A stretch of DNA of 33,451 nucleotides from Halocafeteria seosinensis (Eukaryota): contig LVLI01000328.1 in assembly GCA_001687465.1 (NCBI GenBank), positions 62,001 through 95,451 on the forward strand, given 5' to 3'. Below the pieces are notes generated by a model. It saw only the letters and a program-made list of their open reading frames with translations. It was not told the DNA's origin and ran no database searches. Below, in pieces: positions 1-11,008 of this stretch. How positions within the stretch are numbered: position 1 is the first letter of the stretch; every line of letters starts with the position of its first letter. The translations under genes were made by a program, and so were the position numbers.

Positions 1-11
1 AGTTTTAAACG

Positions 12-1673
12 ATGCAGATCAATCCAGGACAAGAACACCAGCATACTGCTCGTAAGGACCCGAAGAATTCACGGGACTCATCGACACCCGGAACTCATCT
101 GCCACAGCATACGAAGCCGAGGTCACCAACGGACAAAGATACGGTGAAATTTGAGCTGCGAGCTCTAAAGAGCTTCGCTGAAAAGCATGGAGAAGAATGG
201 CACGACGACAGACAGAAGATTTGTGACCGACTCAATAAAGGTGTGGAGAGCAAGGTAGCGGTCATCGATGAAAAGGGCAACCTCAGCGTCAACACATGGT
301 GTAGAAAAGTGGATGCTATCGCGTTTTCCGCGCGTCATGGAATAAAAGGGGTCAATGCATGGGTCAGCAAACCTGAGCAAAGACGTGAGCTAGGGGACTG
401 GTTGAACAAACTGCAACTCGTGCTCGAAGGCAGTTCCATAGCGGATGAAGGACGTGGGAGACGTGCATCTAAAGGCATGGAGCGCGACGTGGAGGTTGTC
501 GATGAAAAGGGTAACCTACTTCATTCCTTCGCAACTCTTCCGGATGGAATTCCAAAGAGCTCGCCGCATCCTCATTTTCCGTGCTTGATTGTCATTGACT
601 CGAACTTGAATGGCCTAATGGAATCAGTACGAGAGGGAATAGAGGACTCTGTGGACCAAATGCACATTCCCACGGATGCTGGAGACAAATACCATGTAAG
701 GATTATAGATGAGGAATGTTTTGTGGGCTGATGAATTGCGTTAACTTGAGCATCCCTTGTGCTGCAGTTGGAAGCAAGTGTTTTTATTGGAGGTGAGCGC
801 ATTAGACTCAGTGTGCACTTATTCATGGAAGCCGCCGATAAGCAGGGTAGTCTAGCCAAACTCTTCCTCCAGGGCTTTTGCCACAGCGTATGTTATGCCT
901 TTGTTTTCATTTTATTCGAATTGGTACGTGTGAAATCTTAACCTCAATTCCTCATTCTTTTGCAGGGCTACGGCTGGAACTTCTACACCGTTTGGAACGG
1001 AATTCTCGATGAACTCAGATGTAATTCGAAGAAAGTGCAGCGCTACTTCCCCGCAAAAGAAGCAGATCATCAACCAATATTACGGAAGGACAAGATGGCT
1101 CCCACTCAACTGCCTCGCTCCGACGAAGCAAGTGCTTTCTTTCCATCATCCTCACAAGGCTCGGAAGTTGCACCGCTTCCTGACATAGACATGCACGCCC
1201 CTGCAGCGGTTCCTGGAGAACCTACTGATGAGGATTTCATTGACTTGATGGAATCCAAGTTCGAGAGTGAAAGATGCTTAGGGATGGAATTTGTCGGGTC
1301 GGATCTGAAAAAATTTGGTACTCCGGCGGTGATTCGATGCCTCTTCAAATGTGTAGGTAGTGAGAGTTCGTACTCTGGAAGTCGTATTAGAGCAATGAGT
1401 TTGTTGAATAGAATGGTAAAAAGTGGGCTTTGTTCTGCTTCGTTGATTGACTTCGATAACCTCAAGAGTGGTTTAACCGCGCTAGTCAGAGAATCTACGG
1501 ATGAGAGTAACTGTTCTCCATCCTTCTTGTATATGGTTGACGAGTATGTTTCCTTTGCCGAAAAGTTCATCGAAACTGTGGCGAAACGACTGCATGTGGA
1601 AGCTGACTCTTCTATCCGAGACAAGGCTGCGAAGTTGAAACAGTTTTGCAACGGGAACCGAACTTGTCTATGA
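12..1673 (+). CDS. Uncharacterised protein, copy A (N-terminal extension, KA1-like domain, C-terminal helical/ARM-like domain); 3 exons: 12-695, 768-887, 966-1673
   Basis: ORFs 12..731, 759..941 and 960..1673 join in phase 0 via introns 696-767 (GTAAGG..TGCAG) and 888-965 (GTATGT..TGCAG). Both intron positions are conserved in the paralogue at 2597-3883. SGYGWNFYTVWNGILDEL resembles the KA1 C-terminal motif (inference). Confidence 0.75.
1197..1666 (+). repeat. 470-nt near-identical direct repeat, copy 1 (copy 2 at 3413-3882)
   Basis: Ungapped alignment from GCCCCTGCAGCGGTTCC to GGGAACCGAACTTG with only scattered substitutions. Confidence 0.95.
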
Positions 1674-2596
1674 ACCCCGATCCATCGTTTGTACGTGGCT
1701 ATAGGTTTACTTAACAACGTCGAAGCGGAAAACGGGAAAACCGTGAGCCAAGATTTATTAAACCTCTCCACAAGAGCCACTACCGGGCGGAAAATGCGTT
1801 GGAGGGTGTTGAATGTCATGTTCAGTGCAAGTCTGCGTACCAAGTTGCATTCTATGGAACGATACAACCAGCAGAGCATCAGCACATAAGTATTGGTCAA
1901 TGATATGGATTCAATATTGAAATGCTTTCTTTTCCTTTTTGGTGGTTCAACTGGCGCACACCTTCGTGGGACGTTGCCATACGAGTGGAGCATGGTTATG
2001 AACTCCCGCTGGTATGCCGAACCAGGAAACCGAGTGTAGCCTGTTTTTCACAACGACTCTTCCTGTAGGATACATGCAATGCACACAGGAGCACTATGGA
2101 AAGTTCACGACGAAAATGTGACTGATGGCACCGGCAGTTGCGCAAGTATCACCACTCGGACTGATGTGGTCCATGCGTCCAGAGGGCATAAACATGCATG
2201 CGCATAATGGTATGCTATCAACATATTAGAGAGCTATATTGTAGTGCATGAGCCCACTCTTCACATCCATTCAAGCAGAATTAGGGTTGTTCGCGAATCC
2301 CGTCTCGTTGAATTTTCTTTGTGAAGTTGACGACGTCAGTAATTTCCGCTCCCGATTGGTTAAGCAAAGCAATGGATTGTTGAATTCAATGGCATACGTT
2401 GGATAAGAGTAGAAACAACCTTTTGATAGCTCCTTCGTGCTTTATGGAATTTCGTAGAATTACCCTGTGTAACGAGTCCTTATTACACTGCAAGCTACTT
2501 CAAGTGGCAACGGGCAAAACACCCAGCTAAGAAGTTTAAGTGCATGCTCAGGAAGAATTTTTTTGTTGTCAGAACGGAAGAGAAACTAAAAGGCAG

Positions 2597-3883
2597 ATGG
2601 CGTCCGTATTCCACGCAAATCGGGTCACGCAGAAAGCACCGATCGCGTGGCAAAAGGACAGAAACACAAGAAAACCAAGAGTGAACGACCAAGTACTATG
2701 CCAGTACAGGAGCAGTCTTCCGGAGGGGATACCAAGTGGTAAACCGCATCCGCACTTTCCTTGTGTAGTGATAGATGATTCCAATATCAAGGGCGTCACG
2801 GAAGCTGTGGTAGACGGTATTGAAGCCGTCGTTGACGAGGTTCACTACAACCGTAATCCACAGGACAGCGACAGGAATACATACTCGGTGCGTCTAGGGA
2901 ACCAAAGAGCTGATTTAATGAGCTTTTTCACCCGCATGACTTGCTTTTCATTTGTGGTAAACACAGGTTGACGCTAGTGTCTTTTTCGGAGGCGAGCGGA
3001 TCAATTTTAGCATCCATGTGTTCATCGAAGGAGTGGAGACAAAGGAGAATCTCGTTCGGGTGCTACTGCAAGCATTTTGCCACAGTGTAAGTGATTCACC
3101 TTGCTTTGCTAAGAGACAAAAAATTCTGCAACCAACGTCTGTTCACTCCTCGTTGTTTGAATTGCGCAGGGTTATGGTTGGAACTTCTACAGTGTATGGG
3201 AAAGTATCCTAGAAGACTTCAAAGCTACTGGCCTAAAAGTCGAGCGATATGTACCAGAGGTAGAAGAAAATCCATCGGGACACTACCAAAGATCAATGGC
3301 AGCAGCAGTTGCTCACAATCGAACTCGTCCCTTCCATTGCGAGGAACCAAGTGCTTTTTCTCCTAATTGTGATGAGACAGATCCGCCAGTACTGCCTGAT
3401 ATGGAAATACATGCCCCTGCAGCGGTTCCTGGAGAATCCACTGATGAAGATTTCATTAGCTTGATGGAATCCAAGTTCGAGAATGAAAGATGCTTAGGGA
3501 TGGAGTTTGTCGGGTCGGATCTGAAAAAATTTGGTACTCCGGCGGTCATTCGATGCCTCTTCAAATGTGTAGGTAGTGAGAGTTCGTACTCTGGAAGTCG
3601 TATAAGAGCAATGAGTTTGTTGAATAGAATGGTAAAAACTGGGCTTTGTTCTGCTTCGTTGATTGACTTCGATAGCCTCAAGAGTGGTTTAACCGCGCTA
3701 GTCAGAGAATCTACGGATGAGAGTAACTGTTCTCCATCCTTCTTGTATATGGTTGACGAGTATGTTTCCTTTGCCGAAAAGTTCATCGAAACTGTGGCGA
3801 AACGACTGCATGTGGAAGCTGACTCTTCTATCCGAGACAAGACTGCGAAGTTGAAACAGTTTTGCCACGGGAACCGAACTTGA
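2597..3883 (+). CDS. Uncharacterised protein, copy B, tandem paralogue of 12..1673; 3 exons: 2597-2887, 2967-3086, 3170-3883
   Basis: Introns 2888-2966 (GTGCGT..ACAG) and 3087-3169 (GTAAGT..GCAG) are both phase 0. The spliced product aligns with copy A (LPEGIPSGKPHPHFPC; VDASVFFGGERI; GYGWNFY; near-identical C-terminus). Start ATG 2597 is the likely one. Confidence 0.75.
3413..3882 (+). repeat. 470-nt near-identical direct repeat, copy 2 (copy 1 at 1197-1666)
   Basis: Same length as copy 1 and near-identical sequence. Confidence 0.95.
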
Positions 3884-4380
3884 ACAGTCCACCGATGATG
3901 TTGAACCAGATATTCATATGGCGATATGGCTGTAAGATTAGTAAACAAATCCGATTCGGATAAACCCACCCAAAACCCTATGGATACCTTGCCACCTGAC
4001 TCGAGCTACTGCCCCTTTTTCTCTCAGGTTTCTGGCTTCATATCGTTTCAGAGTAGAAGTCGGTACCACTAGCCATGGCGGTATAGCAGTACAACCATAT
4101 AATTACATAATAGCAATCGAAATGTCCACTTTCTCCGCACTCTCTTTGCTACACTCGCATACCCATGCTTACCACCGAGTTAATACGGCGAGTTCGTACT
4201 ACATGGTACCTACCTCCAGCTTGCACTTCATGTGATGAATTGAAGGGATTGAAACCCGTGAATTCCCAAGTTGAAGTTGGGTATCTAATGTTTTATGGAA
4301 CCAGAATTGACTAGCATCTGCGTCTTGTTAGAAGTGGGATTACAATATATGTTAGTTCCTTCTCTCCTGTATGTCAGGGG

Positions 4381-6040
4381 ATGACGATACTGCGTATACG
4401 CAACATTCCGGCTGTACTTACCGTCGCTGACCTCCGTGCATTCTTCAGCGTTCACGTGGAACGGCAGGATTTCGTTGTTTTCCACTACAGACACCGCCAC
4501 AGACGGACGAAGGAAGCATCAACCGGGGATTCCGAATTCAATGAAGTTTTGGTCCAGGTAGCCGATGAAAGTACTGCGAGAGACGTCATTGCATCGTATA
4601 ATAACAAGCTCTGGAAGAAGAGCTACAAGCCAGAATTCTCATCTTCAGCTGACGGTGGTGAATACAGCGAACAGCAGGAATGGGATGAGCGCACGGGATT
4701 GATGGATGAAGTATGCATTGTTGAGAGAGAACAGATCGATGAACAGTCTTCCCAACAGTCGGTATTCGCTCGCAAGCGACTACCTCAGGCGCCGTCGCTG
4801 CTTCCACAGGGAAATGTGGGAACTCCAACAGCCAAGATTCTGGATCTGATTTCCTCCTGTTCACTTTCAAGTCGGGCTCTGAAACAATTTGATCTGCAGT
4901 TCATGAAGCAAACTGAAACGGGGGGAAAGTACTCTGCTGTGCCGCCACCTCAGAGACTAGCGCCGAAGACGACCAGAGGAACCCTTGAGAGTAACATTCC
5001 GTCGCGGCACCAATCGCACAATCCCCTCAAATCAAGGAAATTAAGTGCTGAATCTTCAGCATTGCATCAGGAGACTGCTCCTGAGACACACTATACAGAG
5101 AATTTGGTAGGAGAGCACACAGATATTGAAGAATGGGAAAGACATGTTGAGAACCATCCAGAGGAACTCGGGCACAAATGGAGAACGCATACCACAGAGA
5201 GAGATGATACCCTCTTTGAAGAACAGGTCGAAAAAGTGTGGGACAAAGGGGATGCAACAGGTAAGTGCCCCGCCTTTTTCACAAGAGTATGGACCACGTT
5301 AACGAGTACATCTATCTTTTCCAGGCTTGGTTATGTACACGGACAATCAGCACTGGGAGCAATTTCGAGGCGGGTTTGATGAAAAGCATGCTGATGACTG
5401 GGATGTTCAGCCTGAGGAGGAAAATGAAAGTAGATATGGCGCCGGAGGAGTTCCATCTGGGAGATTGAAACAAACAGGAGACTATGACGATACGAGGGAT
5501 CCTTGGTGGGGTAAAGCAGGTCCAGGAGCTGGATGGGGACCCGGGCATCAAGAGGCTCGGAGGATACCTGAAGGCGGGGGTCACAAAACTTTTAGTTACC
5601 GTGAAAATATATACGAAAGGAATAGCCCCGGATTGGACGGTTTGGCTTCGGAGGAGACAGATCAAGTAGACTCAAATAGCAATAAAAAACTCTTCAAGGC
5701 GAAAGACCAAGGTATGCATATGGCAAAGCGTTTGATGGAAAAGCAAGGGTGGAGACCAGGAGAGCCAATTGGTCCTTCTGGCCGCAAAGGCATCCGTGAA
5801 CCGATACAGATATACAATTATTCTGGAAGGCCGGGTGTAGGATACAAGGATACCTCCGAAAAGTTGAACAATTTCCAGGCCAGTACGGATGCATTTCTAA
5901 AGGAATACGGGTCAGTCGAAGAACGGAGAAGCTCTTCGGCCAAGTCCACACCACCCACTTGGCACGTGCGTGCTGAGGACGCCGGGACAGCGATTTCTTT
6001 TAATAGTTTTCGCTTAAAGTATCGAGGAAACCAGAGCTGA
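4381..6040 (+). CDS. GPATCH3: G-patch domain-containing protein 3 homologue; exons 4381-5260, 5325-6040
   Basis: Family motifs LPQGNVGTP..LISSCSL, EEWERH, LFEEQVEKVWDKG..GLVMYTD..W..FDE..ADDWDV and a C-terminal G-patch (AKRLMEKQGWRPGEPIG..GIREPI..GVGY). Intron 5261-5324 (GTAAGT..CCAG) joins the two ORFs in frame. Confidence 0.9.
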
Positions 6041-6617
6041 ACGTTAAGCGGGTTAGTCTACTACCTAGTTCAGAAGATCCTCCGTCGTCATGGCAGCCAC
6101 TGAGCGAACACTATCGAGTCAGTCGATGCGGGGGGGTCGACGCCGTCGAGTACGGTGGAAGTCTCTGTCTTTTGAGATTCTTCCCCATCCCGCAAAAAGA
6201 AGGACGGAAGTAGATTGGAACGTGCAAATGGAGATAGCTGCTTCATCTCGGCGTTGCGCACACAAACACAACAGCTGGGAAGTCTTGGATCACTTGGTCA
6301 TACCTTAAGCTCTAATGTGGTTGGCTCCGCAATGAGCTCCGTTTACATGCTGAAAGGAAATTACCCACCCTCAACATGAGCGTCATTTTGATTGATACCA
6401 TTTTAATACCTGTGTGGGCCACATGATGGCAGCTTTCAAAGACTTCGAACAATTCCACCTCCAAGTTCACAAAGCCCCACAAAATGACACCTTGATAGTT
6501 TTGTTACATGTACCTCCGTTCGTTTTAGGTATCCGTATCCACCTAACTTTAATTTTCATATTCATCGCCCACCCCGGTAGGGCTGGTTGTGATTAACTCG
6601 GGGGCTGAATCAAGGGC

Positions 6618-7108
6618 ATGGTGCGAGTCAATTTGGAGTTCAGGTACGTTTTCCCCATTACATACCCTTTTTCATACCTATGTTCGCTTTCCCGACGGAT
6701 CCATATCTACTATTCCATCGTCTGAGATGCGCAGTGGCGGACTGGAGCTCCTGTTTGATAACCGAAAGGAGTTCAAAGATGTTGAAGTACCCCCTCAGAA
6801 GGAGGGCCAAGAGGAAGGGATTGTGACAATGAAGCATTTAATAAATTGGGTCAAGGATAATCTCTTAGCTGAGCGACCAGAACTGTTTGTCATGAACGGG
6901 AGCATGTAAGTCCGAACTGACGCCGCCGCGACGTAGGCAACTTGTATTCACACCACGGGGAGAAATATACTCTTATTCAATGCTCTGCAGTCGACCCGGT
7001 ATATTATGTCTAATAAACGACTCGGACTGGGAAATTGCAGGGACATTAGACTATGAAGTAGAAGACCAAGATAACATTAGCTTTATTTCAACACTCCATG
7101 GTGGCTAA
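6618..7108 (+). CDS. URM1: Ubiquitin-related modifier 1; exons 6618-6643, 6735-6905, 6991-7108
   Basis: Spliced product [16 protein letters not shown]...[47 protein letters not shown] carries the hallmark Urm1 motifs and C-terminal GG. Confidence 0.96.
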
Positions 7109-7163
7109 TCAACAGCTATTCCGAGACTGGTGTCACAGAACTCAGGAACGTCGCGACTTGCTA

Positions 7164-8672
7164 CTAGCCACCAAGGTGGAGTAACCAATGCCACAGACGC
7201 TCGGGTATATCCGCATTAATACAAGAGATTCCGAGCTCGGCAGAAATTAAGAAGACGATCATGCGCTCCAGAAATATAGACTTGTTGTCTCGCAACATGT
7301 CCAACGAGTATCTGCGATTTCCGGGGCAATGTTCGCTCTGCTAATACTCAATTAATTAGTAGAAAGAAGTTGATCGGCGTACTTTATTGAATCGTTAATA
7401 TACGAAAGCTTTCGCTGCAGTTCATCGTATCGATCCTCCAAGTCGAATTCCTCCCACAATAGACCCTGTAATTCGGAGTACCGTTCTTCCTTCCATGCCG
7501 TGGACCCAGGCCGAACACTGCGAAGTCAGCGCATGAAAAGTCAGTGTTCCAACGGAACCTCAAGGGCACCATTTACACCAAGGAGCTTACGTGTTCCTTA
7601 GGCCGGATAACATAACGTTGTTACTAATGGTGTTGTTCTCCCCCAAATGTTTATACAATTCCCGTGACGATAGTCTGACGGACTGCTCCTCTAGTTGCTG
7701 ATTTAGAGCTCCGACAATTTCATACATTTTGTCTACTTGTCCTTCATAAAATGCAAGATTAACTGTTTGAGCCATGCAGCTGTTGATGATTCTGATGTTA
7801 TCCAAGTCCAGCTTTCTCAGTTTTAATCGCCCATAAGAAAAACCACTCCATTCCTCCATTGATTCGTCAATATCTACTTGCATATCTGTTCAACAAGATA
7901 CATTCTTCGTTAGACAAAGGACTGCGTCAGAGAAACAGAGCAAAACTTACCCTCTGTAGCACGCTGAGCCCCAGCAGGTACATCTGTCGTAGCCGCTTCT
8001 GTAACCAGTGCTTCAATGTTAAACAACGAGCTCTTGTATGTAGCGTTTACGTAAACAATTGATCCTCTTCTCGATACCGACAGATACACATTCTGCAACA
8101 GAAAATACAGCCACGTGAACTCTCAGTAAGTAATGACTTCCACCCGGGGCAGTGAAGCATACCGTGTGAGGATCTCTATCGTTTTGTCCAACCATATCAC
8201 GGTAGTAATCCTCCGGGGAAATGCTTAATATAATCCAGTCTCTATCAGCCTTGCATTCGAATTTATCATTCGGCCTGCATCGCTTGAAGAAGTCAAGCGC
8301 AGTTTCAGAATGCCGCTAGCCACAACGGACGTACCATTTCTCAAAAATCAGCTGCTGAAGCTTTACTATATCCACGCTTCGAGCCATGTACGTCGCAGAT
8401 ACTTTTAAAGGAGGGGAATGGCCATGTTTGGTGTTATCTGTCTGCTCTTCAGTCTCCTCCACCAGTGGTTCAGTCACTATATGTCTCGATTGGGGTGCTA
8501 TTCGCTGCCGTATCCTGACGGAGAGGACGTGTGAGGGACATTGTGTGGCTGCGTAAATACTGTGATAGCAATTGAAACAACTCTGTATACGCTGGGGACG
8601 ATTGTATAGTGCCCGAGACGCAGCAGCGCTGCTCGTGAAGTGGCTGCGGAACTTTGAGACCACTCTATTCAT
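7164..8672 (-). CDS. RMND1: RMND1/Sif2 (DUF155) family protein, probably mitochondrial; 6 exons
   Basis: Spliced minus-strand product has ATYMARSVDI, RGSIVYVN, MAQTVNLAFYEGQVD, W.EERY..L..L.EEFDLEDRYDELQRKL and NKSIFLERMIVFLISAEL, which is the DUF155 pattern. The N-terminus is Arg/Ser-rich and presequence-like. All introns are GT-AG. Confidence 0.85.
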
Positions 8673-8913
8673 CGCATACACCCTCTCCGTTCAATCTAGC
8701 AAAACAACACACGCGGAAACGATATAAAGTATCCACGGATGGGGTATCAACCCTTATATTCATCCTCTATGACATGATTCTCCACACCCATAAAACATGT
8801 CAATCTTTTCTTGAGGTGCTGAACTTCAACTTGCGGCCACATCAGGGGTAGTTGAGCTTGTTTTCGATGGAATATAAGGCTTCTCTATACGTCGCGACCG
8901 CTTGGTACACACG

Positions 8914-9247
8914 ATGACGTCGTCGGTGAAACCTAACTTTGGCTGGATCTTCCTGGCGCAGGTTCTGTCGGCCGGAGGGGAGCTATTTGGGCAGCGCGCC
9001 GGTCGCAAACTTCATCAACGATCCAATCTCAAGAGCGCAGTGGCCGTAGTGGTCTATAGCGCTCTGCAAGCTTTCCTCATTCTGATGGTTCTGGAGCTTG
9101 CTATTCCGCACGTGACCAAGGGCCAGGGATCGTTGTCCATGTGGAAACAGATCTACGACAACCCGGGACTACTGATCAACGCGGTCAATAACACGGTATA
9201 TTGGCTTGCTTTGATCTTTGTGCTCCGTGAGGTGCGTACAAGGACCA

Positions 9248-9291
<44 letters not shown>

Positions 9292-10701
9292 GTAATAAAT
9301 GTGAAGCGTTGTCTCTACTGGACCATGGTCGTTTCGATTCTGCAGCCTTTGGGTGTCGTGATGGTAGTGTTGGCCTTCTTAGTGGCGTCATTCTTCATTA
9401 ACCCTTTCTCTGCGATAGTCGGTTTGAAACAACCGAATGACATAGATGCGCTCGTAAGTTTATGCCTAACGGAGTGAAGAAGCGAAATTCTAAAACTCCC
9501 CGCTTCTGACGTCCTGCAGTCTGTGTTTCTTGGGATCGCCGGAGCGCTTGCGTGCCTCTTGGATGTGCCACTACAGTATGCGAACAAAATAGTTGTTGGC
9601 AGATTACCAGAGACCGTCTCGTCACGGGGATCGAGCGATTCGGAAGAATTACTAATTAATAGCGAAGATGGTCACGTTGACGAAGACACCATTGACGAGG
9701 ATGGATCGTTAGGCTACGACGATACTGATAGAGACAGGACGAAGAGGCTCAGCAGGACGCGTCCCTCCAGCGCTGCAATTAGCACGACCAATCAAACAGA
9801 TACAGAGACATCGTTTTCTCAAGATAGTCCGCAGAAGGAGGAGGAGCGGGGCGGCAGTGATAAACCGAAGATTACTTCCCTGTGGGCAGTTGCGACAGCC
9901 TTCGCGATACTAGCCTTTACTGCTGGTATTGGGATCGTGATAACAGGTTCGTCGTAGAACTTAGGCTTTATCCATACCGACCAGAGTGGATGTTGGATTC
10001 GTTGCCATGTTCGCAGATTATTTCGAGAAGCGAAGGGGATTGAACATGTTTGGATACGCAGCGGTAGATCAAGTACTTTTACCGTTTACGACGTTACCCG
10101 TACTGTGGCTGTGCAATAGGTACTCGACTCTCCGCAGAGTTGTGGGTGAGCCCGCAGGTATGCTGTTACCTCTTCGTTCTTGTTGCGTCCATGTCCATTA
10201 TGTTGGCCTACTGTCCAAGCAGGTGAACCGGTGCCTTTTGTTGAGCTCTTGCGCCAAACATGGAATGAGCTCCAGTTTACGACGCTCGTCCCATTTCGGG
10301 GTAAGGGTTCGCAGTACCAAACACTCGTTGTTTGACGGAATGATTAACTAACGCCGGCTGCAGGTTTGATGTTCGGGCGTGAATTTGTGTTCTTCTATCT
10401 GGTCACAAATTTTGATATTAGTGCTAGTAGGTATACTGGATGGTCATCGTACTACTATCATATAATTTATAAGAACACTTTTCATTTTTTTGATTGATTA
10501 ACAGCTTATTTAGAAATGACATTACTTCGCGTTATACTATGCTGGATCGCTTCATTGTTAGCGTGTACGCTACTGCGGAAATGGGTTGGGGTGGAGAAGA
10601 GCGAAGCTCGAACAGCAGTCCACCCAGTGAACTTGTTCCTCAAGCTCGGAGGGACTGTTTTAGTTTTATGCAGCATTCTTCGGCTCAATAATAAACTATA
10701 A
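8914..10701 (+). CDS. Multipass membrane protein, drug/metabolite transporter (DMT/EamA)-like, with a long acidic central loop; multi-exon
   Basis: Consecutive hydrophobic + strand ORF segments (8902, 9523, 9986, 10516) are separated by GT..AG introns (e.g. 9232-9345, 9454-9519). About 10 hydrophobic segments fall in two halves. Later exon boundaries are less certain and the family call is tentative. Confidence 0.6.
9253..9290 (+). repeat. (GT)19 microsatellite inside intron 9232-9345
   Basis: Perfect GT dinucleotide run of 38 nt. Confidence 0.98.
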
Positions 10702-11008
10702 CCCATTCACGATGATCTGCAGGATCGAAGAACTCGTAGATGTCAGTAACCACGCTAAGGTAAATGGAATATGGCTCCCAACAAAAGAAGAGAAATTCCT
10801 AACCTACTCTCAGTAGCCACTGAGACTCCTTGCAAACCCATTCAGCCAGTCCACAAAACGTGTACTGAGAATGAGCTGAACACAAGGGTCTTCCCTATAG
10901 CACACCCGTAACAGACAGTCAAGACGGAAATAGCTTGGCCACCCTGACAAGTGTGCAAATGTTGACGAAGAAAGAGATTCCTCTACTTACGTTGTATGGG
11001 TTCTCGGT

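Noticed and set aside
723..767. Alternative 45-nt intron donor at 723 in copy A
   Set aside because: Donor 696 (GTAAGG) is stronger and matches the intron position in copy B.
1106..3969. Long minus-strand ORFs 1106..1993 and 3313..3969 that resemble each other
   Set aside because: They are antisense shadows of the duplicated 470-nt block; splice signals and protein conservation support the plus strand.
7094..7181. RMND1 ends LHLGG* facing URM1's LHGG*, forming a short inverted repeat (TGGTGGCTA)
   Set aside because: Only about 9 nt match, the RMND1 tail follows a TM helix and there is no ubiquitin fold, so it is most likely coincidence.
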